This document shows positions 6,118 through 15,786 of a stretch of DNA of 40,485 nucleotides, piece after piece (the first letter of the stretch is position 1; every line of letters starts with the position of its first letter). The stretch comes from Chloroflexota bacterium (lineage in GTDB: Bacteria; Chloroflexota; Limnocylindria; Limnocylindrales; CSP1-4). Under the pieces are notes generated by a model that saw nothing but the letters and a program-made list of their open reading frames with translations, had not been told where the DNA came from and searched no databases. The stretch covers positions 2,243 to 42,727 of the forward strand of contig PMJT01000242.1 in NCBI GenBank assembly GCA_003158495.1, written 5' to 3'. Made by a program: the position numbers and the translations under genes.

Positions 6118-8505
6118 GTGGGTGTCCATACCCTTTTGCTTGCGCTACGTTCGTCCTCGTGCCCAACCCTTGGAAGCCGGCCGTACGCCCTGGCTCTGCT
6201 TGAGGTCGTCGACAGCTTGACCGCAATCACATTCGTCGGATGGCCAAGAACGGCCTCCCGGCTTGCCTTATCCGCCCGCGGAACCAGACCGATGCTGGGT
6301 CTCGCCACGATCACGCTCGTCGCCTCTGCAGTGCTGGTCTCGGTCGCCCCCGGGTCCATCGCGTTGGCGATCGACAACGGGCAGCAGCTGGTCATCTCGG
6401 TTCTTGCCGTGGCTGTTATGTGGACGACCTTGCGCCACGGTTCACGCGAAGCAAGTTGGGTTGCGCGCAGGCTGCTCGTGGCGCTCACCCTTGCGGTAGC
6501 CGGCATGATCCTCTGGGACACGCAGCCAGGCTGGTCGACGGCTTCGGCCGGGCCGACCGGGGCGCTGTTCGTCGGCGCGGTCGCGACCGCCGTCTTGACC
6601 CTGGGTTGGTCACTCGCGGGCTCTGTGGAACGCTCCCGACTGGTTCCCGTGCTCCTGGATGCCACGGTCATAGTGGCGGCGAGCACAACGGTGCTCGGCG
6701 GCGCCTGGGCGACGCTTATCGGTCAGGGAGACGGTGGGCCTGAAGCCCTCATTGCCCTGGCCGGAGCCGTCTTCGCCATTTCGGCCCTCGGCGCAGGCTA
6801 CCTGATCTTGCTCCACTGTCGCGTTCGTCCGAGCTTCGGTAGTGCTTATGGCGTCCTTGGCGCCATGGCCCTGATCGGGGTCTCTTGGATCGCGTGGATG
6901 GCAGCGCCCGACAACGGCACCATCGGCGTCGCACCGACCGATTTCGCCTTTTCGGCGGGCGTAATCCTGCTCGCCCATGGTGTCGCGACCTGGGATCTCT
7001 CGCCGTCGACGACCGAGCGATCCGAAACGTTGGTGCGTGCCACGGTCGACCTGTTCCCGCCCGTGACGGTAGCTACCTGCGTAACGTTGAGTTTGGTGTC
7101 GTCTGGAAGCTACGGGTTCGACCTGGTCAGAATCGGCACTTTGTTTGTCGTCGGCCTGACCCTGATCCGCCAGATCCTCCTTTCAATCCGCGAGCGCCAT
7201 TCAATGCTCGCGGAACGAGCGGCGTCGGCTCGCATCGCGCGTGAAGTTGCCGAGCGAGCGACGGTACTTTCTGCGCTGTCCAAGCTCGAGATCTCCGGCG
7301 GCCCCGAAGAGACAGCCGATGCGATCTGCCAGCAGGCGCTCATGCTCGATGGCGTCGAGAACGCGGTTGTCCGGGTCTTCCGCCACGATGGGGACGCTGT
7401 GGTCATCGCGGTCAGGGGCCTGGGTGATCTACCCGGGATGGTCGGCATGGTCCTGACGGCATCGCGGACAGAGCATCTGCGGGCGCGCGCAGACTCCGGT
7501 CCGTGGAGCGAAGCCTACGAGGCGACCGACGATCCTCACCTCGAGAGGCTTCGCGGCTTGGGACTACGCTCGAGCTACAACGTGCCGCTCTACTGGAACC
7601 AGGAACTCCTCGGTGTCTTGGGCCTCGGCTCAGTTTCGCTGTCCTGTTTGGAGGCCCCAGCCGAACGTGCTACGACCGTCCACGAATTCGCCCTGGTGGC
7701 CGGTGCAGTCCTTGGGCCGCCGCTTGCCGAGCGGGCCCGCCTCGATGGTATGCGCACAGGGATCTTGACGATCATCTCGGAGCACGCCTTCCACCCTGTG
7801 TTCCAGGCCATCGTCGATATCAGGACCGCCAGGGTCGTCGGGTATGAGGCGCTCACGCGCTTCGAAAGTGGGCAACGGCCGGATCTTCAGTTCGGTGAAG
7901 CCGACGAGGCGGGGCTCAATATCGAACTCGAGACGGCTTGCCTGAGAGCCGCGATTGACGCCTCGGTCGACCTGCCTGCCGATACGTGGCTCAGCCTGAA
8001 CGTCTCGCCGGCTCTCGCGCTGGCACAGGCTCCTCTAATCGAGTTGCTCATCGACGTCGAGCGACCGATCGTCATCGAAATCACCGAGCACGTGGTGATC
8101 GACGACTATGAAGAGCTCGCCTGCGCTCTCCAGGCGGTTCGACGCTACGTTCGCCTTGCCGTCGACGACGCAGGCTCTGGGTACGCCGGCCTCTCGCACA
8201 TCCTCGAGCTGCGGCCTGACATCCTCAAGCTCGACATCGCCCTCGTTCGGTCCGTGAACACCGACCCGGGGCGACATGCCCTTGTGGCGAGCATGGTCGC
8301 GTTCGCGCGCGAGACGCACTGCACCGTGCTCGCGGAAGGGATCGAGACCATGGGCGAACTCGAGTCGCTGCGCGCCCTCGGCGTCGAACTCGGCCAGGGG
8401 TACCTGTTGGCCAGACCCGCCTTCGTTGGGCAGACCTGTTCGAGCGCGGACCAGGCGGTCTCGCCGGACATCGGAGCCAGTGCACAGCTGACACCTGTCG
8501 AATAG
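6118..8505 (+). CDS. polytopic membrane sensor with a GAF-like linker and a C-terminal EAL domain (c-di-GMP phosphodiesterase); no GGDEF domain
   Basis: The N-terminal ~330 aa are strongly hydrophobic with multiple TM helices. The C-terminus carries the EAL signature set: 'YEALTRF', 'LSLNVS', 'IEITEH', 'DDAGSGYAG', 'LKLDIAL', 'AEGIET', 'GQGYLLARP'. The start is uncertain: GTG at 6118 or ATG at 6292. Confidence 0.85.
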   Translation: MGVHTLLLALRSSSCPTLGSRPYALALLEVVDSLTAITFVGWPRTASRLALSARGTRPMLGLATITLVASAVLVSVAPGSIALAIDNGQQLVISVLAVAVMWTTLRHGSREASWVARRLLVALTLAVAGMILWDTQPGWSTASAGPTGALFVGAVATAVLTLGWSLAGSVERSRLVPVLLDATVIVAASTTVLGGAWATLIGQGDGGPEALIALAGAVFAISALGAGYLILLHCRVRPSFGSAYGVLGAMALIGVSWIAWMAAPDNGTIGVAPTDFAFSAGVILLAHGVATWDLSPSTTERSETLVRATVDLFPPVTVATCVTLSLVSSGSYGFDLVRIGTLFVVGLTLIRQILLSIRERHSMLAERAASARIAREVAERATVLSALSKLEISGGPEETADAICQQALMLDGVENAVVRVFRHDGDAVVIAVRGLGDLPGMVGMVLTASRTEHLRARADSGPWSEAYEATDDPHLERLRGLGLRSSYNVPLYWNQELLGVLGLGSVSLSCLEAPAERATTVHEFALVAGAVLGPPLAERARLDGMRTGILTIISEHAFHPVFQAIVDIRTARVVGYEALTRFESGQRPDLQFGEADEAGLNIELETACLRAAIDASVDLPADTWLSLNVSPALALAQAPLIELLIDVERPIVIEITEHVVIDDYEELACALQAVRRYVRLAVDDAGSGYAGLSHILELRPDILKLDIALVRSVNTDPGRHALVASMVAFARETHCTVLAEGIETMGELESLRALGVELGQGYLLARPAFVGQTCSSADQAVSPDIGASAQLTPVE

Positions 8506-9251
8506 CGGCGATCTGTCACTACGCAGCCACAGCGTCGGCCACCAGCGCCTGGGTCTAGTGCCGTTATAGCTCGGCTGTTGCAGGGCCAGGGGTAAAGGTG
8601 CCTTCTAGCTCCCCAGCGGGAGACCAAGGGAGTTGGCTAACTCCTAACCGATTGTCAGGCGTGAAGGCGTCTGGGTCAGGCGCAACCTTGGCGGTCCGCC
8701 ACCTTCGTCTCCTGATCGAGGTTGTGGCTTGCGGTGCCCGCCCGCACCGGAAGATCCGTCCACCGCCCACAGCCGAGCGGTTGAGCGACGAATGGCATGC
8801 TCGGTACATCGTTCGCGGTGGTACTTTTGCCGGGCATTGGTTGGCCGTCTGCTGTCCTGGCAGAACGCACCTTCCAGGAGAGTCGGCCGTGACGCTTGGG
8901 TAGGGCCTGGTCAACCTCCAGGGGGCCACGGTAGTTGACATGGCTCTCCTCGGGTGCGAGCACTACCAGCAGCAAATGACCGAGTACATCGACGAGGTCG
9001 TGATCTGGGCCAGCTGAGGGACCGACGGGACGTCCGTGACACGGGGGGAGGATCAGCGATGGGGCGATGGCGAGTCTGACGGGAACCGGAATGGGCCAGG
9101 CGGGCGCGATCTCCGCGGTCAGATGTCCCGGCGCGAGACTGGTCTCGGGGCTCTGCCGACAGGCCATGACCGCCGGCCGCGTGACCGCAGCGCAAGACGC
9201 CGGCCTCGCCGCCGACCGGCATGTGACCGGCTCGCGCCCTGGAGCGCGGCG

Positions 9252-10397
9252 ATGAAGACGAGCGTCTGCCTGCCCGGCGAACTTGGCAGCGCGGAGCTCG
9301 ATCGCTGGCGCGAGATGCGGGCCCGCCGGCCCGACCTCGACAGCCCCTTCCTCGCCCCGGAGTTCGCGATCGCCGCGGGCCGCTGCCGGCCGGAGGCCCG
9401 GGTGGCGATCGTGGAGGATGGCGGGCAGATCGTCGCCATCTTTCCGTTCGAGCGGCGGCGGTTCGGGCTCGGTGTGCCCATCGGGGCCGGCCTCTCGGAC
9501 TTCCAGGCGATCATTTGCGATCCCTGGATCGACGTCGACGTCTGCGATCTGCTGGCCGGCTGCGGTCTCCAAGCCTGGAGCTTCGACCACCTGGTCGCCA
9601 CGCAGCGGCCGATGTGCGCACCGAGCGCGCGCGAGGTCGATTCCCCGTTCATCGACATCTCGGAGGGCTTCGACGCCTACTTCGAGGCGTGCATCCGGTA
9701 CCGCGGCCGCAAGATCTTCCAGCACGAGCGCAAGCTCGGCAGGGAAGTGGGCCCGGTGCGGTTTGAGTACTGCGCTCCGGCCGACCCGGCCGCGCTGTCA
9801 AAGGTCTTCGAATGGAAGTCGCTCCAGTACCGGCGCACCGGCAGGCGCGACCGGTTCGCCTCGACGTCCAACGTCCAGCTCATCGAGGAACTGGCGCAGC
9901 ACTCGACGCCCGATCTCGCCGGGACGCTGAACACGCTCCACGCCGGGGATCGCCTCGTTGCGGCCGAGTTCAGCCTGCGCTCGCAGACCGTGATCGCCGG
10001 CTGGTTCCCGGCCCACGACTGTGAGTTCGGGCTGTACTCGACAGGCTCGATCTGCACCCTGCGGACCCTGGAGGCCGCGAGCAGCGCGGGCATCCGCCGC
10101 TACGACCTCGGCAAGGGCGACGAAACGTACAAGCAGTGGTTCAAGACCGGCGACCTGCGCGTGTGTGAGGGGTGGATGCTGCGCCCGGGCGTTCTGGCCA
10201 ATCTGCGCCGTGCGACAAGCCTCCCGCGCGAGGCTGCATTCGACTTCGTGCTGAGCCACCCGCGCCTGCGCATCACTGCCAGGGAGACACTGCGGACCTT
10301 GGGAGAAGCCAGGCTGCGGTTTGAGTCGAGGCCAGGCGTCCGCCGAGCCGGGCCGGAGGAGGAAGCGCAACGAAGTCGCCAGGTACACCCGTCCTGA
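9252..10397 (+). CDS. GNAT-fold acyltransferase of the CelD/BioF2-like family (Acetyltransf_6-like)
   Basis: ATG at 9252 lies in the frame of ORF 9036..10397. The protein has 'SPFLAPEF', 'FDAYF', and the C-terminal 'YDLGKGDETYKQWF' motif typical of CelD-like proteins. Confidence 0.7.
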   Translation: MKTSVCLPGELGSAELDRWREMRARRPDLDSPFLAPEFAIAAGRCRPEARVAIVEDGGQIVAIFPFERRRFGLGVPIGAGLSDFQAIICDPWIDVDVCDLLAGCGLQAWSFDHLVATQRPMCAPSAREVDSPFIDISEGFDAYFEACIRYRGRKIFQHERKLGREVGPVRFEYCAPADPAALSKVFEWKSLQYRRTGRRDRFASTSNVQLIEELAQHSTPDLAGTLNTLHAGDRLVAAEFSLRSQTVIAGWFPAHDCEFGLYSTGSICTLRTLEAASSAGIRRYDLGKGDETYKQWFKTGDLRVCEGWMLRPGVLANLRRATSLPREAAFDFVLSHPRLRITARETLRTLGEARLRFESRPGVRRAGPEEEAQRSRQVHPS

Positions 10398-10738
10398 CGC
10401 TCGGAGGTGCGCTCCTCGGCCTCAGGCCCTCAGTCGAACGGCGGCATGGCAACGGGCTTCTCAGCACAGGATCGAGGTTCTGGCGAACCCACCATCGGGC
10501 CATGGCGTCGGCCTAGGAAGGCCCGATCTCCCGTAGCCTCGCGATTCTCGCCGGCCGCTATTAGCGGGGCGGACGATTGGTAGGGCCAGGGCGCGGAGGC
10601 TCGGTTGTCGGCCGAGGCTGCGTGCCTGGCCGAGGCTCCGGTCTCGTCGGCTATTGGGGCCCCCCACGGCGACCAGCCAGGCGATGAGCCAGGTCCGCCT
10701 AACCTCGTCCGGCTCGAAGACGTCCATGTTCGCGAGGG

Positions 10739-11956
10739 TCAGAGGCGAATGCCGAGGAGCGCGTGGATCGCGGCGAGATCCCCTTCGGCCGGAGCGGACC
10801 CGCGTGCCGTCCGGTCGTCGACAGCGGTGACGGCGGTCGGCGTGTCGAGGTCGTGCATGAGTGCGGCGCGCAGCCCATCGAGGATGCCGGTGGTCCCCGC
10901 TGAGCGTCCGCGAGAGGCCCAGGCGCTCCAGCTTGCCAGACGCTGCTGCGCTTCTGCGAGGAGATCGTCCGTCCACTCCCAGTCGTCGCGGTAGCGCTGA
11001 GAGAGCACAGCGACCCGGATCGCTCGCGCGTCAACGCCGGAGTCGACGAGCGAGGAGACGAGCACGAGGTTGCCACGGGACTTGCTCATCTTCTCGCCGC
11101 GGTAGGCGACGAGCCCAGCGTGCGAGTACAGGTTCGCGAGCGGACTCCCGGTCAGGGCAGCCGTATGGCCTGCGCTGAACTCGTGGTGCGGGAACACCAG
11201 GTCTGAACCACCGCCGTTCACCGTGAGCGGCACGTCGAGGAACTCCTGCGCGATGACCGAGCACTCGATGTGCCAGCCCGGCCGGCCTGCGCCGAGCGCG
11301 GTCTCCCAGCTCGGCTCACCGTCGCGCGCCCCGCGCCAGAGCAGCGGGTCGAGGGCGTCACGCTTGCCTGGCCGCTCTGGGTCGCCGCCGCGCTCTGCGA
11401 AGAGCTCGAGCATGGTCGGGCGGTCGAGGTTGCTTTCCTGGCCGAGGTGCCATGGCGAAGAGACCGCAGCCGCGGCATTATCGAAGTAGATGTCGTCATC
11501 GAGGCGGTATGCCGTGCCGCGGTCGAGGAGGCGGCGCACGGCATCCGAAACCTGCGCGATCATCTCGGTCGCCGCGACGTAATGGTCGGGCGGGATGACG
11601 CCGAGGCTCTCCATGTCGCGACGGAACAGTTCGGTCTGCTCGGCGGCGAGGGTACGCCAGTCGACGCCGGTCGCCGCTGCGCGCTCGAGGAGAGGGTCGT
11701 CGACATCTGTCGTGTTTTGCACGTAGCGCACGGCGTAGCCGGCGTCGAGCCAGAGACGGATGAGGGTGTCGTAGGCGATGTAGGTTGCGGCGTGGCCGAT
11801 GTGCGTGGCGTCGTATGGCGTTATGCCGCACACATACAGGCCGGCGACAGCGAGCGGCCGCGCCTCAACGAGCTGTCGCGTGGCCGTGTCGTAGATGTGG
11901 GGAACGGCGCCATGCCCTGGCAGCCGTGGAACCATGGGACGGCTCCAGGATCTCAC
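10739..11956 (-). CDS. mshC: L-cysteine:1D-myo-inositol 2-amino-2-deoxy-alpha-D-glucopyranoside ligase (mycothiol biosynthesis)
   Basis: The protein is 405 aa. It is CysRS-like but lacks an anticodon-binding domain. Motifs: 'VCGITPYDATHIGHAATY' (HIGH), 'FAERGGDPERPGKRDALDPLLWR', 'GRPGWHIECS', 'KMSKSRGNLV'. It is collinear with mycobacterial MshC as I recall it. Confidence 0.9.
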   Translation of the reverse strand: MRSWSRPMVPRLPGHGAVPHIYDTATRQLVEARPLAVAGLYVCGITPYDATHIGHAATYIAYDTLIRLWLDAGYAVRYVQNTTDVDDPLLERAAATGVDWRTLAAEQTELFRRDMESLGVIPPDHYVAATEMIAQVSDAVRRLLDRGTAYRLDDDIYFDNAAAAVSSPWHLGQESNLDRPTMLELFAERGGDPERPGKRDALDPLLWRGARDGEPSWETALGAGRPGWHIECSVIAQEFLDVPLTVNGGGSDLVFPHHEFSAGHTAALTGSPLANLYSHAGLVAYRGEKMSKSRGNLVLVSSLVDSGVDARAIRVAVLSQRYRDDWEWTDDLLAEAQQRLASWSAWASRGRSAGTTGILDGLRAALMHDLDTPTAVTAVDDRTARGSAPAEGDLAAIHALLGIRL

Positions 11957-12458
11957 CGCACGAGTCTAGCGTTAACAAGGCCGTCGCCGAGTCGGGCGAG
12001 AGATGAGAACCGGGCGTCAGAGCGATGGTCCAGCAGCCACACGAAACCGGGAGGGCGCAAACAACGAGGTGGTAGATCCTCCCGCCCCTACCGTGATTCG
12101 GGACGAGGATCGATTGCTCGAACACGATGTTCGCATCGTCATTGGGTTGGAGTTGCCCGGTCCTCACCCCTTGGCGGTAGCTGAAAGGCGTAGCGCCGTT
12201 CCGGGGAGCCTCCTGGACCGCTATCCTCGGCAACATGCACGCAGCCGCTGGCAGTCGCTCCGCATGAACCCCTCCGAGTTCGCCGTGAAGTGGCGCGGTG
12301 TGGCGACCGGCGAGCGGACGTCTGCCGAGTCCACTTCGACGCACGGCTCCGCGGCGAAGAGCTGCCTCTCGCCTGGCAGACCGAACGTTCCCAGACGCAG
12401 GTCTTGCGCATGGTGCGCCGCGTGAGGCGGGTGATCTCGGGTAGCCGCAGCGAGCGCG

Positions 12459-13829
12459 ATGGCTGAACGGGGCCGCCCGGTCGTCGGACTCATCGACCAC
12501 ATCAGGTCGCCGATCTACGGCCGCGCCTACGCGCTCATCCTCAGCAGCGCTGTGACCTCCGTCCTGGGTCTCCTCTATTGGACGCTCGCTGCGCGTCTTT
12601 ACAACGCAGACGACGTGGGCGTGAACGCCGCGCTGATCTCCACCATGATGTTCCTCTCGTACCTTTCCCAGCTGGGCCTGGCCGGTGCGCTGACGCGCTT
12701 CATCCCAACGGCCGGCCGGACTACCACCAAGCTGATCCTGGGCTCATACGGCGCGACAGTGCTGATGTCCGCGGCCGTTGCGTCGGTCTTCATCTTGGGG
12801 GCAGGGATTTGGGTGCCCGAGGTGCGGTCCCTCGTGGGTACCCCGGCTGCCGCGGCGTGGTTCCTGGCCGCAACGATGGCCTGGAGTCTCTTCACTTTGC
12901 AGGACGCCGTTCTGACAGGTCTTCGGCGAACTGTCTGGGTGCCGATCGAGAATACGATCTTCGCTGCGACCAAGGTCCTCCTTGTGGTGGTCCTTGCGGG
13001 ATCGCTGACAGGCGCCGGGGTTTACGTCTCCTGGACGGTGCCGGCGACGCTGTCCATCGTGCCGATCAACCTCATGATCTTCCGCTGGTTCCTGCCGAGC
13101 CACGTGACCCGGCATGGCGACTTGGAACCTGAAGCGAACGTCGGCCAGATCGGCCGCTACCTGGCTTTCGACTTCGGAGGCTCGCTACTTGGCAGCGCAT
13201 CCACCGCCCTGCTCCCCTTGATCGTTCTCGCTACGTCGGGCGCGAGCGCCAGCGCTTACTACTACATCGCCTGGACCGTCGCCTCTGCCCTGATGATGTT
13301 CTCTGTGAGCATGGGTATCTCCTTGAGCGTCGAGGGTGCGGGGCGGCGTTCGGAAGTGGGGCTGGCCATGCGTCGAATGCTCAGACTCCTCGTGGGGTTG
13401 CAGCTACCGCTCGTGATCGTGATCGTGACTTTCGCCCCCTTGATACTCGAGGTATTCGGAAGGAGGTATTCCGACGAAGGGGCGATGCTCCTAAGATTCC
13501 TCGCTCTGGGAGTCCTGCCGAACGGTGTCAACTCAGTGTGCCTTGGGGTGGCTCGAGCTAGGCGACAGCTCCTCGTTCTCTTCGGGATCCAAGCGGCCCA
13601 GGCCGTTTCGTTCGTGGCTCTGGCTGTCGTCTTCTTGCCGGCGCTAGGTATCGCCGGTGTCGGCCTCGCGTTCCTCGTGGGCCAGTCGGCGGTGGCGCTC
13701 GTCGCGTTTGTCACTCAGATCGGTCCGCTGCTGCGTGCCGGTCGGCACCAATCGACGACGGAGAGCGAGACCGTTCCGCGGCTCACGGACGCCGGAGAGA
13801 GTGCCGGCCCCGGGAGGCCGCCCGAATGA
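12459..13829 (+). CDS. polysaccharide/oligosaccharide flippase (Wzx-like, MOP superfamily)
   Basis: The protein is 456 aa and hydrophobic throughout, with about 12-14 TM helices. The N-terminus 'GRAYALILSSAVTSVLGLLYWTLAARLY' is typical of polysaccharide biosynthesis (PST) proteins. It sits beside glycosyltransferase genes. Confidence 0.75.
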   Translation: MAERGRPVVGLIDHIRSPIYGRAYALILSSAVTSVLGLLYWTLAARLYNADDVGVNAALISTMMFLSYLSQLGLAGALTRFIPTAGRTTTKLILGSYGATVLMSAAVASVFILGAGIWVPEVRSLVGTPAAAAWFLAATMAWSLFTLQDAVLTGLRRTVWVPIENTIFAATKVLLVVVLAGSLTGAGVYVSWTVPATLSIVPINLMIFRWFLPSHVTRHGDLEPEANVGQIGRYLAFDFGGSLLGSASTALLPLIVLATSGASASAYYYIAWTVASALMMFSVSMGISLSVEGAGRRSEVGLAMRRMLRLLVGLQLPLVIVIVTFAPLILEVFGRRYSDEGAMLLRFLALGVLPNGVNSVCLGVARARRQLLVLFGIQAAQAVSFVALAVVFLPALGIAGVGLAFLVGQSAVALVAFVTQIGPLLRAGRHQSTTESETVPRLTDAGESAGPGRPPE

Positions 13830-13902
13830 GACCATCTCTACAAGAGTCTAGTGAGGCTCCAAAGCTACCTGAGCGGGGGGTGCGTTCGATCGGGGAGGCG
13901 CG

Positions 13903-15414
13903 TCATCGTCCGGACCACATGTCGCGAAGCCTCCGATTGATCACTCGTGGGGCGGCGAAAAGGCGCAAGACCTGCCGGCCAGGGCGGGTGCGCTCAACCG
14001 CCCGTAGTCTGAGGGACAGGGTCCTCCCAGCGTGGCCACCCAGCGCCCACCACGGAACATGGAGCGAGGCCAGTCCCGCGCCGGTCAGCACCTCGGGGAG
14101 GTAGAGGGCGCGAGTCTCCGCGCCATGATCCGCGATGAGACCGGCGGGATCGCGAAGGAACGACTCGTTCGGTACGACGCCGTCGTAGTGAACGTGCCAA
14201 CCGCGAGCTCTTTCCAGGGGATCCCAGCGGGGGACCCGATCTCGGAAGATCTTCCGCTCCCCATGCCTCTGCGACCGGATCGGATAGTGCTTGAGAAGGA
14301 AGTTATATGGGAAGACACGCCGCCGCGGGAACGCGGCCTCGTGACCGCCCGAGCGTACGAGATCGACCCGGCAAGCGTTCTTCCAGGCCTTGATCTGCAG
14401 CAGCAGGTCACCAGTCCGGCCGAGCTCGAAGTAGTGGAAGTGACCCTCGAAGTCGCTGCCGGGCGTAAACGTGTCATCGATCGGGTAGTAGGTGAAAACG
14501 GTGTGATCGACCGCGGAGAAGCCCGCCTGGTCGACACGCCACAAGGAGTCGCGCAGTCCCAGGCCCGGCCAGGGTCCGGACCGTCGCTCGTCGGCATCGT
14601 GATGGATGCACCAATCCGCCTGGAGCCCGGCCGCCACCTCGCCTACTCGCCGCAGCAGCGCCCTCAAGACGAATCGGTCGTTACGGGTCTCGGGGAAACG
14701 CTCGAAGCCTGTGAGACCTCTCCCCTCGAACCCCAGCGCGATCTCGGCGGTGCGATCGGTCGACCAGTTGTCGATGACGTATACGCCGACGTCGTCGCCG
14801 ATCAACTTCTCGATGGCGGGCCCGATGACGTCCTCCTCGTTGTAGGCGGTCATGACAGCCACCACTCGGAAATCGTCCGGGACGGCAGGACACTCGATCC
14901 TGGTTCGAGCGAGCTCCCTGTCGACGACGATCAGGCGCCCCGACCGCTCGTCGTCTCCTGCGTGGGCTCGCGTTCGCCCCAGGAACTCCGGCTCGAGTCC
15001 GCGGCCGGACAGCCAGCTCGAGACCGGCTCCGTGTCATCTGTCGCGATCACCAGGAGCGGCGCGACGGTCACCAGGTCGGCAAGCCCATCCAGACTGCCG
15101 TTTGGTGCGCAAAGCTGCGTCGACGCGCCGGCCACCACGACGGCGGCGGTCGATGCGTCGAGCCGGCCCCGCCTGGCGGCCGTCAAGTTTGCGAGATCGA
15201 AGACGCGCCCGAACCGGTAGCGCGGCGGTGATTGGCCGAGGTCCTGGCCGGGGACCGAAACGCCGGTCGCACGCAATTCGGGGTAGATGATGGCGAGGTC
15301 GCGACTCCACGACAGCCCTACGTCCAAGACGCGTTGCAGCCGGTACAGGGAGGCAACGCGAGCAGCAAACTCGGCCACGTCGGGGTATGGCGTGTCAGCT
15401 CGAGCTGGTGCCAT
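13903..15414 (-). CDS. family 2 glycosyltransferase with an extra N-terminal domain
   Basis: The GT2 core is 'VVAVMTAYNEEDVIGPAIEKLIGDDVGVYVIDNWSTDRTAEIA' ... 'IHHDADE'. The start is uncertain. ATG at 15414 is preferred because alternatives at 15513 and 15606 overlap the oppositely oriented GT2 5' fragment. Confidence 0.75.
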   Translation of the reverse strand: MAPARADTPYPDVAEFAARVASLYRLQRVLDVGLSWSRDLAIIYPELRATGVSVPGQDLGQSPPRYRFGRVFDLANLTAARRGRLDASTAAVVVAGASTQLCAPNGSLDGLADLVTVAPLLVIATDDTEPVSSWLSGRGLEPEFLGRTRAHAGDDERSGRLIVVDRELARTRIECPAVPDDFRVVAVMTAYNEEDVIGPAIEKLIGDDVGVYVIDNWSTDRTAEIALGFEGRGLTGFERFPETRNDRFVLRALLRRVGEVAAGLQADWCIHHDADERRSGPWPGLGLRDSLWRVDQAGFSAVDHTVFTYYPIDDTFTPGSDFEGHFHYFELGRTGDLLLQIKAWKNACRVDLVRSGGHEAAFPRRRVFPYNFLLKHYPIRSQRHGERKIFRDRVPRWDPLERARGWHVHYDGVVPNESFLRDPAGLIADHGAETRALYLPEVLTGAGLASLHVPWWALGGHAGRTLSLRLRAVERTRPGRQVLRLFAAPRVINRRLRDMWSGR

Positions 15415-15499
15415 GGCGCCGATACGATAGCATCCAGGCGACCCCTGGTCGAGGGCTGCGCCGCCCGTCGGTGGGGCCAGAACGGAGGCGGTACTGCCA

Positions 15500-15663
15500 G
15501 TGCGATTCACCATCGCAGCCCCGTGCTGAACGGGATGCCCTGGCTGCCGCAAGCCATGACCTCCGTCGCGCGCCAGCGAGAAGGGGCGGACTTCGACGTG
15601 GAGCACATCGTCCTCGACGGCGGCTCCACTGACGGCTCGCGCGAGTGGCTTGCGCGGGATTAG
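15500..15663 (+). pseudogene. 5' fragment of a GT2 glycosyltransferase gene, frameshifted and truncated
   Basis: GTG at 15500 (GGAGG at 15484-15488) reads 'VRFTIAAP' and then hits TGA. Shifting by one base at the C-run 15519-15522 continues as 'VLNGMPWLPQAMTSVARQREGADFDVEHIVLDGGSTDGSREWLARD'. That is a canonical GT2 N-terminus, ending at TAG 15661-15663 after about 55 aa. Confidence 0.5.
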
Positions 15664-15786
15664 GCTTGGCCGCGACCCTTGTCGTTTTGGCTAAACAGTC
15701 GCACGATTGATAGCTCAGGATGAATTGATGGCGCTCCTCACTCAAGAACCGCCAACCGATACGCATACCTGGTCCGGAGTCCGTTG

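Noticed and set aside
8506-9251. Possibility that the unassigned region encodes RNase P RNA, tmRNA, SRP RNA, or a c-di-GMP, TPP or ydaO riboswitch.
   Set aside because: I searched both strands by eye for the invariant cores: GGAAAGTCCGG and ACAGAACCCGGC, a tRNA-like end with CCA, GGAAGCAGCC, CTGAGA, and the GEMM GCAAA motifs. None was found. The region is kept only as an unassigned finding.
10461-10727. An 89-aa minus-strand ORF just downstream of mshC, beginning 'MDVFEPDEVRRTWLIAWLVAVGG'.
   Set aside because: After the first ~25 aa it becomes Arg/Ser/Pro-rich shadow-like sequence. It has no RBS and no motif. The spacer also contains a GGCCGAGGCT duplication suggestive of non-coding DNA.
12264-12330. 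'MNPSEFAVKWRGVATGERTSAES' in the mshC/flippase spacer resembles the N-terminus of MmeI-like or type IIG DNA methyltransferases (EFxxRW...ER..AQ).
   Set aside because: The match is only about 20 aa, the frame collapses immediately afterwards, and no methylase domain follows. This is too short to distinguish from chance without a database search.
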